A program made the position numbers and the translations under genes. This document shows positions 8,320 to 16,104 of a stretch of 39,823 nt of DNA, one piece after another (the first letter of the stretch is position 1; each line of letters begins with the position of its first letter). Source of the stretch: a virus. Its lineage: Duplodnaviria; Caudoviricetes. The stretch is taken from positions 1 to 39,823 of the IMG/VR virus record IMGVR_UViG_3300024996_000021. One strand, 5' to 3'. The notes beneath the pieces are model-generated. The model was not told where the DNA came from, searched no databases, and worked only from the letters and a program-made list of their open reading frames with translations.

Positions 8320-9007
8320 CGGTCGGGTTTTGGTGGCTTGTGAATATAGTGGCATTGTGCGCAAAGCATTTTCATTAAAAGGGTGGGACGCCTGGAGTGT
8401 TGATATTCTAAATACCGATATGCCAACAGAATTTTGTCTTGATGAAAATGGTAACGGTTGGGGCAATCATATACAAGGCTCAGCTTTGGATGTTTTAAAT
8501 GATAGATGGGACTTGCTCATTGCTTTTCCGCCCTGCACCTATCTAACTTATGCTGGGATGCGTAATTGGTATGATGAAGGTCGGGCAGAGAAAAGAATAA
8601 AAGCTGCTGATTTTTTTATGAAAATGTATAACGCACCTGTGCCACTTGTTTGTGTTGAAAATCCGCAGGGAATAATGTCAAAAATTTTCCGTGAACCTGA
8701 TATGGTAATTCATCCTTACTATTTTGGTGAAAGAGAAATGAAGCGCACCTGCCTTTGGTTGCGTGGATTGCCAAAGCTGGAATATCATTTAGAAGATAAT
8801 TTATTTAATGTCAAAACCGCAACGGATAAACCGCAGCCAAAAAGAGTTGAGTTATGCAAGAAAACTGGACGAATGAAAAACAGATATTTTACCGATACAA
8901 TCGTAAACGGAAAATTAAAATCAGGGTTAGAAAAGTCTAAGACATTTCAGTCGGTAGCAAATGCGATGGCTGAACAGTGGACGGCTTTTGTCTTAGGTAG
9001 CCGATAA
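8246..9007 (+). CDS. Phage-type DNA (cytosine-5) methyltransferase
   Basis: VLVACEYSG (SAM-binding region), catalytic FPPC, VENP. Confidence 0.8.
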   Translation: MKNRITNADLLPSAPLAPNGLLSPAGRVLVACEYSGIVRKAFSLKGWDAWSVDILNTDMPTEFCLDENGNGWGNHIQGSALDVLNDRWDLLIAFPPCTYLTYAGMRNWYDEGRAEKRIKAADFFMKMYNAPVPLVCVENPQGIMSKIFREPDMVIHPYYFGEREMKRTCLWLRGLPKLEYHLEDNLFNVKTATDKPQPKRVELCKKTGRMKNRYFTDTIVNGKLKSGLEKSKTFQSVANAMAEQWTAFVLGSR

Positions 9008-9199
9008 CGTCCAAGGGCTTTGTGCAGGTGTGGCATTTTTATCCCGTCAGCCCGCACGTTAGCCGATAAAAAGAAATAAAAGATGAAAATACAACAAAAG
9101 ATGAATAGCGAACTTTTAGCCGGAACCGATGCTGATAGTGATTCTAAAGATGAAATCCAGCACGTCAGCCACACTTGCACAAAACCAAATGTTATCGGC
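9000..9199. repeat. attC-like site 2
   Basis: GCCGATAAC..TTTGTGCAGGTGTGGC / GCCACACTTGCACAAA..GTTATCGGC. Confidence 0.75.
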
Positions 9200-9430
9200 G
9201 GTTTTGTCGTGGGTGAACGTGTTGTCTGGGATAGTCATTTTGGTTACGAAATTGGTTATTTTCTTGGCGAAGGTGTGGTGTTCAATTCTTACATGATTGA
9301 TGTTTGTACAGGCGTAATAACAGGTGAATGCTCATATTCTAAAAATGAAATTCATAAGTACTCTGATGAATTAATTGATTATTTAAATAAAAAATACGGA
9401 TATGAAAAACGATTTAGTAACACATTTTAA
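9083..9430 (+). CDS. Hypothetical cassette protein
   Basis: ORF starts inside the loop of site 2. Confidence 0.7.
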   Translation: MKIQQKMNSELLAGTDADSDSKDEIQHVSHTCTKPNVIGGFVVGERVVWDSHFGYEIGYFLGEGVVFNSYMIDVCTGVITGECSYSKNEIHKYSDELIDYLNKKYGYEKRFSNTF

Positions 9431-9659
9431 AACATTAGAGTTTACCGACGAAAGAAAGAATACTCTTGGTAAATATGTTCACATTGTTGATGTAGAAGGA
9501 CTGCATTTTTACGGCAGCGATTTGCCTCAATTAATGCCTATGACTTGTACTATGAAAGATTTAAAATCATTTTATCTAAGCCTTGATTTTACGGGAATTG
9601 AATTAACTGAAAAGTGTCTTGTTAACGTTGCTAAATTAGAGAGCGTTAATCGCCGCTAA
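9402..9659 (+). CDS. Hypothetical cassette protein
   Basis: Stop TAA lies within GCTAAC of site 3. Confidence 0.65.
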   Translation: MKNDLVTHFKTLEFTDERKNTLGKYVHIVDVEGLHFYGSDLPQLMPMTCTMKDLKSFYLSLDFTGIELTEKCLVNVAKLESVNRR

Positions 9660-9729
9660 CGGTTCGGGCTTGGCGCAGTTGTGTTTCGGCTTGTGCGTTG
9701 GGAAAATTGCGCCAAACCAGTGTTAGCGG
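9653..9729. repeat. attC-like site 3
   Basis: CCGCTAAC..TTGGCGCAGTT / AATTGCGCCAA..GTTAGCGG. Confidence 0.75.
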
Positions 9730-9761
9730 TTCGTGCCGGATTATTAAAATGGAAATTGAAT

Positions 9762-10055
9762 ATGAAACTAAAAGCAAAATACAAATGGAATAACGAGAAA
9801 GTCCTGGTTAAGCCTGTTTTTTTCTCATGGAACGTTGGTTTGCAATACAAAACACTAACTGGATATAGCGCAGCTTCAATATTCTGCAATAAAGAAAGTG
9901 AGTATGTATTTCCGTTGCAAACCAAAATCGTTTTATTCTTTGTCAAAATATGGTATTGGATGCGGTTTTGGTTATGGATGCAAATAAGATACTGGCAACC
10001 GAACAGAATAAAACGATTACTTAAAAAACAAAGCGATGATGACCTTCCATTTTAA
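9762..10055 (+). CDS. Hypothetical cassette protein, Trp-rich, DDDLPF C-terminus
   Basis: ORF 9681-10055; ATG at 9762 preferred. Confidence 0.6.
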   Translation: MKLKAKYKWNNEKVLVKPVFFSWNVGLQYKTLTGYSAASIFCNKESEYVFPLQTKIVLFFVKIWYWMRFWLWMQIRYWQPNRIKRLLKKQSDDDLPF

Positions 10056-10171
10056 CTGCTCGAAATTTTCGATTAGTTGGAGGTCGGTAGGCATGACCGC
10101 TAACGTTTGTATTGACGCTATTGTCAAATGCTTACAAACGAATACAAACGAATCAATCAATCAATTTAAAA

Positions 10172-10450
10172 ATGAAAATTTCAAACTTACAAAATTGGTT
10201 CCTCTCGCACACGAAAGGACTGCTCAGACAGGACAGGCTGATGCACTTTACAGCAGGTTTCTTTCTGTTTATTCTTTTATCACTAATTGCAAAACCAGCC
10301 CTGGCAATTGCATTTGTGTTGCTTATTGCAATATCTAAAGAGTTAGTTTATGACAAAATAATCAGACGGGGAAATGTTGAATTAATTGATATTCTATATA
10401 CAATTATTCCGTCAATCATCATTATTTTAGCTAATCAAATTGCACAATAA
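10172..10450 (+). CDS. Small multi-TM membrane protein
   Basis: DRLMHFTAGF...KELVYD with hydrophobic helices; ATG at 10172. Confidence 0.7.
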   Translation: MKISNLQNWFLSHTKGLLRQDRLMHFTAGFFLFILLSLIAKPALAIAFVLLIAISKELVYDKIIRRGNVELIDILYTIIPSIIIILANQIAQ

Positions 10451-10870
10451 ATGAAAAAGTATCACATCACATCAGATCGCTTTAAAGGATATGTAGAACT
10501 GATCTACAATGAAGGCATTCTTGCACATGTCAATTTCACAAATGCCGAAATGCAAATGGAAACCGCTAAAATGTTTATCAGATCAATTTCCTGGCATCAG
10601 GAAAACGTTGCGGATAACTTTGGCGGAAGTACAAAGATTGTGGAGAGTGACGTGGAAATCACATTTGATATGTTCTGGAAAAGCTATCAGAAAAAAATCA
10701 ATAAAGCCAGGGCGGTAAAACTTTGGGATAAGATGAACGTGAGCGACCGGGCGGCCGCGTATGTGGGCATTCGGCCGTATAATAAGTATTTGTTTGAGAA
10801 TAAATGGCGGAGTAAGGCAGATCCGGAAACTTACCTCAGAAACAGGTATTGGGAGAATGAATACGAATGA
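10451..10870 (+). CDS. Phage protein with replication-initiator-like C-terminal helical domain
   Basis: FDMFWKSYQKK...ADPETYLRNRYWENE. Confidence 0.7.
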   Translation: MKKYHITSDRFKGYVELIYNEGILAHVNFTNAEMQMETAKMFIRSISWHQENVADNFGGSTKIVESDVEITFDMFWKSYQKKINKARAVKLWDKMNVSDRAAAYVGIRPYNKYLFENKWRSKADPETYLRNRYWENEYE

Positions 10871-10923
10871 CTTTGTCAGGCGAAATATAGAAAGTTTGTA
10901 TATTTATAACATAAAAACATATC

Positions 10924-11343
10924 ATGGAAAGTGAATACAAAAAATGTCCTTTTTGTGCCGAAGAAATAAAAGCAGATGCAAAGATCTGTCGTTACTGTCA
11001 TAAGGAACAAGTTGAAAAAGACAGCATCATTGATTTCAAAGACGTGATAATTATGTCGATCATCGTATTGGTGGCATTTATCGGATATAAATACATCACC
11101 GCATACCATCCTACAGCTGAAGACCAAAGACGTGAATTATACATACCGGTTGCTGAAGATTATATTGAGCAATATAACATGGCTGTTAGACAAGGAGATA
11201 AAACACAAATTGTAGTGCAGGCAGGAATTGTTGCTGCGGCATTTTTGCAGGCCCACGATGAAGTTAATTATCAGAAATGGAAAGAAATTCAAAATCAGGC
11301 CCAGAAGGCGGCTGAAAAGTCAATAAGCGATTATTATAAATAG
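10924..11343 (+). CDS. Zinc-ribbon + single-TM membrane protein (moron-like)
   Basis: CPFC-x10-CRYC, TM helix, upstream TATATTTA promoter-like box at 10899. Confidence 0.75.
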   Translation: MESEYKKCPFCAEEIKADAKICRYCHKEQVEKDSIIDFKDVIIMSIIVLVAFIGYKYITAYHPTAEDQRRELYIPVAEDYIEQYNMAVRQGDKTQIVVQAGIVAAAFLQAHDEVNYQKWKEIQNQAQKAAEKSISDYYK

Positions 11344-11412
11344 AATGTGCACATTTCACTAACAACGTCGCTGTTAGTTGAGATTTCTTTTATAGTTTTA
11401 TCTTCAAGTCTT

Positions 11413-11733
11413 ATGAATCGCGGTGCACTAACCCTGTTTAAAGATATTTTTGTTATAGAGCCAGAACGTCACATCGATGTTCGAAGAGGTAGAAGTCACA
11501 CTCATCATCAGCGGCGTAATGAATGTATTACCGACAGATATTATTTCCACGCACGTTTTTCGGAAAAGAGATATGATATTATATTGAACATACTTTCTGA
11601 AGAATTTTTTCTTAGCCAGCATACAATTCCGGATTTACTTTCACACAATTATTCACAGTTGAAAGAACTCAACAGATCGAAACCCACTCGCGAATTTTTT
11701 AGAAAGAAATGGCCGCATTTGGTTTGGAATTAA
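11413..11733 (+). CDS. Putative late-gene activator (Mor/C-like position)
   Basis: Last early gene; RRNECI..RY..ILNILSEEFFLSQHTI HTH-like segment. Confidence 0.55.
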   Translation: MNRGALTLFKDIFVIEPERHIDVRRGRSHTHHQRRNECITDRYYFHARFSEKRYDIILNILSEEFFLSQHTIPDLLSHNYSQLKELNRSKPTREFFRKKWPHLVWN

Positions 11734-11750
11734 TAAATGTGTTATATTTG
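11718..11750 (+). promoter_or_regulatory. Bacteroidota housekeeping-sigma promoter
   Basis: TTTG-N21-TATATTTG fits the -33/-7 consensus. Confidence 0.65.
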
Positions 11751-11751
11751 A

Positions 11752-11905
11752 TTATTAGTCGCACTTTTTAGGAATTGAAATTAAAAATTCACAAAAGTTG
11801 TGATTTGCTTTAAGAAATTTTAATCGAACCAGGCGGCTAATAAGTACTTCACTTACGCCAGCGGAAATGAAGTAGAAGGTATCAAAGATGATACCTTCTT
11901 TATTT
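11752..11905 (+). ncRNA. Candidate structured small RNA (~150 nt)
   Basis: Own promoter, four helices, terminal terminator, no credible ORF. Confidence 0.55.
11874..11905. terminator. Intrinsic terminator between convergent units
   Basis: AGAAGGTATCA-AAGA-TGATACCTTCT then TTATTT. Confidence 0.75.
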
Positions 11906-12422
11906 ATGAAAAAGAAACATCGATTATAACAGGAGGTCTTCCTACGTTTTGCACCGGATCCATTGCGCTGCTATCTTCAAAAACAGTATTGAAAACGAGA
12001 GTACGCACCCGGAAGTTATCGCCGTCCCTTCTCTCTGTTGACGCCGTAATGCGGGTTACAGGTTGTATCAGTCCGTCGGCATCATATCCCTGCATCGCCA
12101 CGTATAGCAGGTGTTCCAATTCATAATATTTCAATGACTGTTCCTTCACACTTGCAGGAGCGCCGGATTGGGATGGGCTAAACGAAGGGAAACCAAGTCG
12201 CAAAGTGAATGCAGCATTGCCCCACTGGTTTCCATCCGGCATGGCGTCATAATTTGTCTGACTGAAATCAATGAGAACACACGGCCATGTCACGGCGGGC
12301 CGCTCCTGATACCATTCTAACTGTCCCAAATCCTGATCTATCCATTTTATCTCTGGAACCTGAGTTTTGATATGTTCCTGGATTTTAATCAACAACTGTG
12401 CAAAAAGTGATTGTAATGCCAT
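11904..12422 (-). CDS. Tail terminator/completion protein (Mu gp37-like)
   Basis: WIDQDLGQLE...WPCVLID; last gene of the head-completion operon. Confidence 0.65.
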   Translation of the reverse strand: MALQSLFAQLLIKIQEHIKTQVPEIKWIDQDLGQLEWYQERPAVTWPCVLIDFSQTNYDAMPDGNQWGNAAFTLRLGFPSFSPSQSGAPASVKEQSLKYYELEHLLYVAMQGYDADGLIQPVTRITASTERRDGDNFRVRTLVFNTVFEDSSAMDPVQNVGRPPVIIDVSFS

Positions 12423-12444
12423 TTGAGCGATGTTTAAAAATAAT

Positions 12445-12999
12445 TTAAAATATTGATTTTAACTTTCGTTCCACCTCACGCCTATAAGCGTTATAAAGTA
12501 TCGGACTATCGTTCATGCTACCGGGCATGAACTGGCGTTTGGGAAGGTTCATATTTCTTGTGTGAGCTTTGACAAAACTGATGTTTTTGAGTGTATGAAC
12601 CGTTTTCAGGCGCATTTTACCGGATTTTGTCAATCTGCCGGTTTCAACACTTTTTGTTGTCATCAATCTTCGTGTATGTTGCCTCACGCTTACGGTCCCG
12701 TGAAAACCCATGTTGTGGGCGGCGGCATATGGTGTCGCATTTGATACCCGCACCATGCCAGGTGAGGTGGCAAAGGTAGTAGCGCTTCTGAGAAGTCCGG
12801 TTTTTACCAAAATAGTCCCATTTCGTTTATTCTTTTGCCATGGTTGAAATGATGCCCCCTGCCATCCTTGTGACCTGAAATTACCGTCAATAAAACGCAA
12901 CGATATTTCACCCGCACGACGGGGGAATTCCATATTTACATACTGTTTTAATTCAGTCTGTTTCTTTTTGAGATTGTTGGCAAATTGTTCGGGAGTCAT
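12445..12999 (-). CDS. Virion morphogenesis protein (Mu gpG-like)
   Basis: ILVKTGLLR, PYAAAHNMG, LPKRQFM motifs. Confidence 0.85.
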   Translation of the reverse strand: MTPEQFANNLKKKQTELKQYVNMEFPRRAGEISLRFIDGNFRSQGWQGASFQPWQKNKRNGTILVKTGLLRSATTFATSPGMVRVSNATPYAAAHNMGFHGTVSVRQHTRRLMTTKSVETGRLTKSGKMRLKTVHTLKNISFVKAHTRNMNLPKRQFMPGSMNDSPILYNAYRREVERKLKSIF

Positions 13000-13010
13000 A
13001 AAAAAATATT

Positions 13011-13098
13011 TATCTTTGTAGCCGTAAGGTAACTATATCCGGTTATCGGACTGGTTTGTCGCCAGTGGCCGGTAATCCATGCGTAGTTACCTATTTTT
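13011..13098 (+). ncRNA. Candidate small RNA convergent on the MuF-nuclease gene
   Basis: TATCTTTG -7 box, then nested stems AGGTAACTA/TAGTTACCT and CCGGTTA/TGGCCGG, then a T-tract. Confidence 0.4.
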
Positions 13099-14397
13099 AT
13101 ATAGCAAAGCTCCTTTTCTTAAATCTTCATAACGTCCCGGCTTTAACCGGTACAATGTTTCCGCAACCAAACCAGATCGCTTATCGGTCACAATCAACGC
13201 GATAGGATTATTTGCATAAAATTTCAAATAGATTCTTATCAATTTCCCATTTTCCCGAAATGACCATATTTCGTCAGGATTTTGTACAAGCTCCGGGAAG
13301 GTGTGTGCATATTCCTTCCGGTTATCGTCGTTCTGAAAAATGTGCGATTTAAAATATTTTCTGTCATACTTCTTTTGTGTCGTCGGATTGATATCGAAAA
13401 GTATTTTTGAATTTATTTTATCTTCTAATATAATATTGCCGTCGTCGGCGCTGAATGTTTTCCAAACTTTTAAAAAGTCGCCATTCGGCATATCCGGTGC
13501 ATCCATTAAAATCTTTTTTACCGGCGGTAAACCGTAGTTTTTAACAGCCGTCAGGGATTTCGTTTTCGGCGTCCCATCTGGATTTTTGCCCAGTGATGAA
13601 TATACCGGATGATCGTTTGAAAGGATTTGTTTTTCTACAGCCTGATTATTTGCGAACAAAGGGTTTGTGGCGGCATCTTTCAGCATTTTTCCGCCTTGTT
13701 TTTCCGCCGATGCATTGGCGGCAATACCGGGAATAATGTGGCATCTGCAATTCCAATCTAATGGCGGCCAGTATGATTTCCATGCAGGTGAATCTGCTTT
13801 CATGGTCAGTCCATCCAGGAGCGCATGCGATTCTCTTACCCGGTCATCGTGAACGGTGGAATATTGCAGATATTCAACGTCGTTTGATTGAAAATCTTCC
13901 CATTGTTTGGCGCTTTGTGCAGAAGCTAAAGCAGTATTATATTCCGTTCGCAGATGATGCACATTGAATTCATAACCTTTATCCATAACTTTATTTCTGA
14001 ACTGCTCAAAACTGCGAATGGATCCGTCCTCCCGCACCATCATGTTTGTAAAATATCGCATTTCATAAATACTCTTGGCCGCGCTGAATGTATGAATACT
14101 GTCCTGCAAATACGCGCCGAGTAAATTACGCGGATCCTCATAAGCGAAAGATGTGCCGCCAAGTCCTTTACTCATTGCTTCCATAAGCGTATCCGCAGTT
14201 TTGCGATACATTTCCGGGGGAATAGAACCATCGTTCATTTTCTTTGAATACAGGTTGGATGCAATCTGATCCAATATATCATCCCAGGGTCCTTCATCGG
14301 CCAGGGGGGGAATGGTTATTCCTCCGCAATCCGGACAGGTATGTTTATATATATCACCCAGGTCGGACAGCCCAGCGTCTAAGGCTGGGCCGGGTCG
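13087..14397 (-). CDS. MuF (gpF) minor head protein with C-terminal PBECR2-like nuclease domain; likely entered by -1 frameshift from the portal
   Basis: LRTEYN, DDRVRESH, PPLDWNCRC (MuF); ELVQNPDEIW (PBECR2-like); frame is open to 14403 with no ATG upstream of the annotated TTG at 14274. Confidence 0.85.
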   Translation of the reverse strand, partial: RPGPALDAGLSDLGDIYKHTCPDCGGITIPPLADEGPWDDILDQIASNLYSKKMNDGSIPPEMYRKTADTLMEAMSKGLGGTSFAYEDPRNLLGAYLQDSIHTFSAAKSIYEMRYFTNMMVREDGSIRSFEQFRNKVMDKGYEFNVHHLRTEYNTALASAQSAKQWEDFQSNDVEYLQYSTVHDDRVRESHALLDGLTMKADSPAWKSYWPPLDWNCRCHIIPGIAANASAEKQGGKMLKDAATNPLFANNQAVEKQILSNDHPVYSSLGKNPDGTPKTKSLTAVKNYGLPPVKKILMDAPDMPNGDFLKVWKTFSADDGNIILEDKINSKILFDINPTTQKKYDRKYFKSHIFQNDDNRKEYAHTFPELVQNPDEIWSFRENGKLIRIYLKFYANNPIALIVTDKRSGLVAETLYRLKPGRYEDLRKGALLYKNR

Positions 14398-14403
14398 AAA
14401 AAA
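14370..14403 (-). promoter_or_regulatory. Programmed -1 ribosomal frameshift signal
   Basis: T-TTT-TTC heptamer, 6-nt spacer, stem GCCCAGC-N7-GCTGGGC. Confidence 0.7.
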
Positions 14404-15680
14404 TCAGCCAGTTGAGTGCGGAGTTTATCCCAGAATCCCAGATCGTTCAGATTTTTTGAAACTTCTTTTTTGGGGCCCGATTTCGGATATGCCTGTGATT
14501 GGGATAATGATTGATTGAACATCTGTTTATCTTCCTCCATTTTCTTTTTGAGCTCATCATAATTCTTAGGCTTTGGAATAGCATAGGTGTCGTACCAATA
14601 ATCATCATCCACGGGCACGTTGCTTTTCACCTGCATATCAATTTCCAACCTGGTTTTAAGTTCGTCGAGGTCTATTTCCTTTTCATAAACAAAACGTCCT
14701 TCGGGGTAGCCATAGCTTTTCAGGATGTTTTTGAAAACATCTGAATTGAGCATATTGGCCATGTATTTCAGATCGCTCTTGGTAACTTCTAATTGTTGTT
14801 TGCCATGTTCTTTGCTTTGAGCATAACCGGAGCTTTTACTTGCATTCGCTGTTTCGGTAACCGTGAGCACAATAATGCTCATTTCTTCATTCATTGCGGT
14901 TTTAAAACGATCCTGAAGCTGGCCATCTGCATTTGACACCTTTCCATCCTTCATGTCAAAGTCGGCCTGTTTCGGAATCATCAAAGCCAGACTGCTACCA
15001 CTTTCATCCAATACCTGTTGAAGTTCAATTTTTGTTTTGGTATCATAGGCATCGTATTTTATCACGCGCACCGGTTGACCGAATATTTCGCAATACTGTG
15101 CCCAGTCGGCCAGATTGCCGCGTTTGTACACAGCATAATAACTGCATTTCAGAAGAAAACCATAATCATTCTTACCGCCGATTACCCATAGAAATGGATT
15201 TGTATCGTACGGAAAACCTTCCGATCCGTTTTGTTCCTTAGCTATAATCTTCAAATCAGGTTTGATGTGCTTTCTGGGAATTTCTATCCATTCAAATTTT
15301 TTACCCGGGATAAATTCCATCCCGGAAAGTCCCCACGCCTCCGATTCCATGATTTTTCGTTGCATATCACGAAAGGTATTGGATTCAATGAGCGTGTCCA
15401 TATCCTCAATCCGTATTCCCGCTGTATCTTCATAATGCAGGGATTTATTCAGCACAGCATCCACACGTTTCTTCCATATTCCGGTTAAATGGCCATCCAG
15501 CATCACATCATCATAAAGATCATAAAGGGGCACTCGGTTTGCGTAAGCAACCGATTCGGCATATATCTGAGCAGTACGGACTTTCTGAATATCTTTTGGC
15601 GACCGGTCGGCATTGCGCAATATGATCTGGTTGACTATAATGCCTTTGGGTTCCGTTTCTTTTACAATCTTTGTGGGCAT
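14379..15680 (-). CDS. Portal protein (DUF935 / Mu gp29-like)
   Basis: LYDDVMLDGHL...KRVDAV, WAQYCEIFGQP, GYAQSKEH. Confidence 0.9.
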   Translation of the reverse strand: MPTKIVKETEPKGIIVNQIILRNADRSPKDIQKVRTAQIYAESVAYANRVPLYDLYDDVMLDGHLTGIWKKRVDAVLNKSLHYEDTAGIRIEDMDTLIESNTFRDMQRKIMESEAWGLSGMEFIPGKKFEWIEIPRKHIKPDLKIIAKEQNGSEGFPYDTNPFLWVIGGKNDYGFLLKCSYYAVYKRGNLADWAQYCEIFGQPVRVIKYDAYDTKTKIELQQVLDESGSSLALMIPKQADFDMKDGKVSNADGQLQDRFKTAMNEEMSIIVLTVTETANASKSSGYAQSKEHGKQQLEVTKSDLKYMANMLNSDVFKNILKSYGYPEGRFVYEKEIDLDELKTRLEIDMQVKSNVPVDDDYWYDTYAIPKPKNYDELKKKMEEDKQMFNQSLSQSQAYPKSGPKKEVSKNLNDLGFWDKLRTQLADFFDPAQP

Positions 15681-16103
15681 TTAAAAATGATTTTGTCTTT
15701 TTATATTACTTGAATAAGTTACCGAGCTCCCTTCCGGAAAAGGAGTATTGGGGTCATCGGGTTTGTAGGGCCATCCGTCAGGGTCTATAAGTCCCTTCAT
15801 GATTTTATCAAAATAATTTATTGCATCTTCAAATGCCGTTCGGAATAATGTGATATCAATATTAGGATTAGCCAGTCTGATAAGATACCAACAGGCCAGA
15901 TCTTTCACTTTGTTTTTCAGGCCTTCATCGGTTGCAGTGTCGCTGAACAGTGTATCAACATCATACTTGCTTAAATACGATTTTGCCTCATCAACTGCCG
16001 CAGCAATCGCTTTATCCACAATTGTATTATCAGATCTTATAATTTCTGAAAGAATCTCCGCATATAAATGCGTATTAAAATCTGATACCTGTAAATATGC
16101 CAT
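15681..16103 (-). CDS. Head-tail adaptor (DUF1320 / Mu gp36-like)
   Basis: EAKSYLSKYDV...DLACWYL...FEDAINYF. Confidence 0.8.
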   Translation of the reverse strand: MAYLQVSDFNTHLYAEILSEIIRSDNTIVDKAIAAAVDEAKSYLSKYDVDTLFSDTATDEGLKNKVKDLACWYLIRLANPNIDITLFRTAFEDAINYFDKIMKGLIDPDGWPYKPDDPNTPFPEGSSVTYSSNIKRQNHF

Positions 16104-16104
16104 T

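Larger units (their letters stand above)
8186..10103. mobile_element. Array of three integron-like gene cassettes, no integrase in window
   Basis: Three AAC...GTT imperfect hairpins plus a terminal half site separate unrelated ORFs; the two ends of each cassette are mutually complementary. Confidence 0.65.

Noticed and set aside
10104-10150. CGTTTGTATT/AATACAAACG inverted repeat as a fourth full attC-like site
   Set aside because: No GTTAGC right core follows; treated as a half site or target sequence.
10036-10338. 100-aa ORF across the array end
   Set aside because: Overlaps the better membrane-protein ORF in another frame and crosses the half site.
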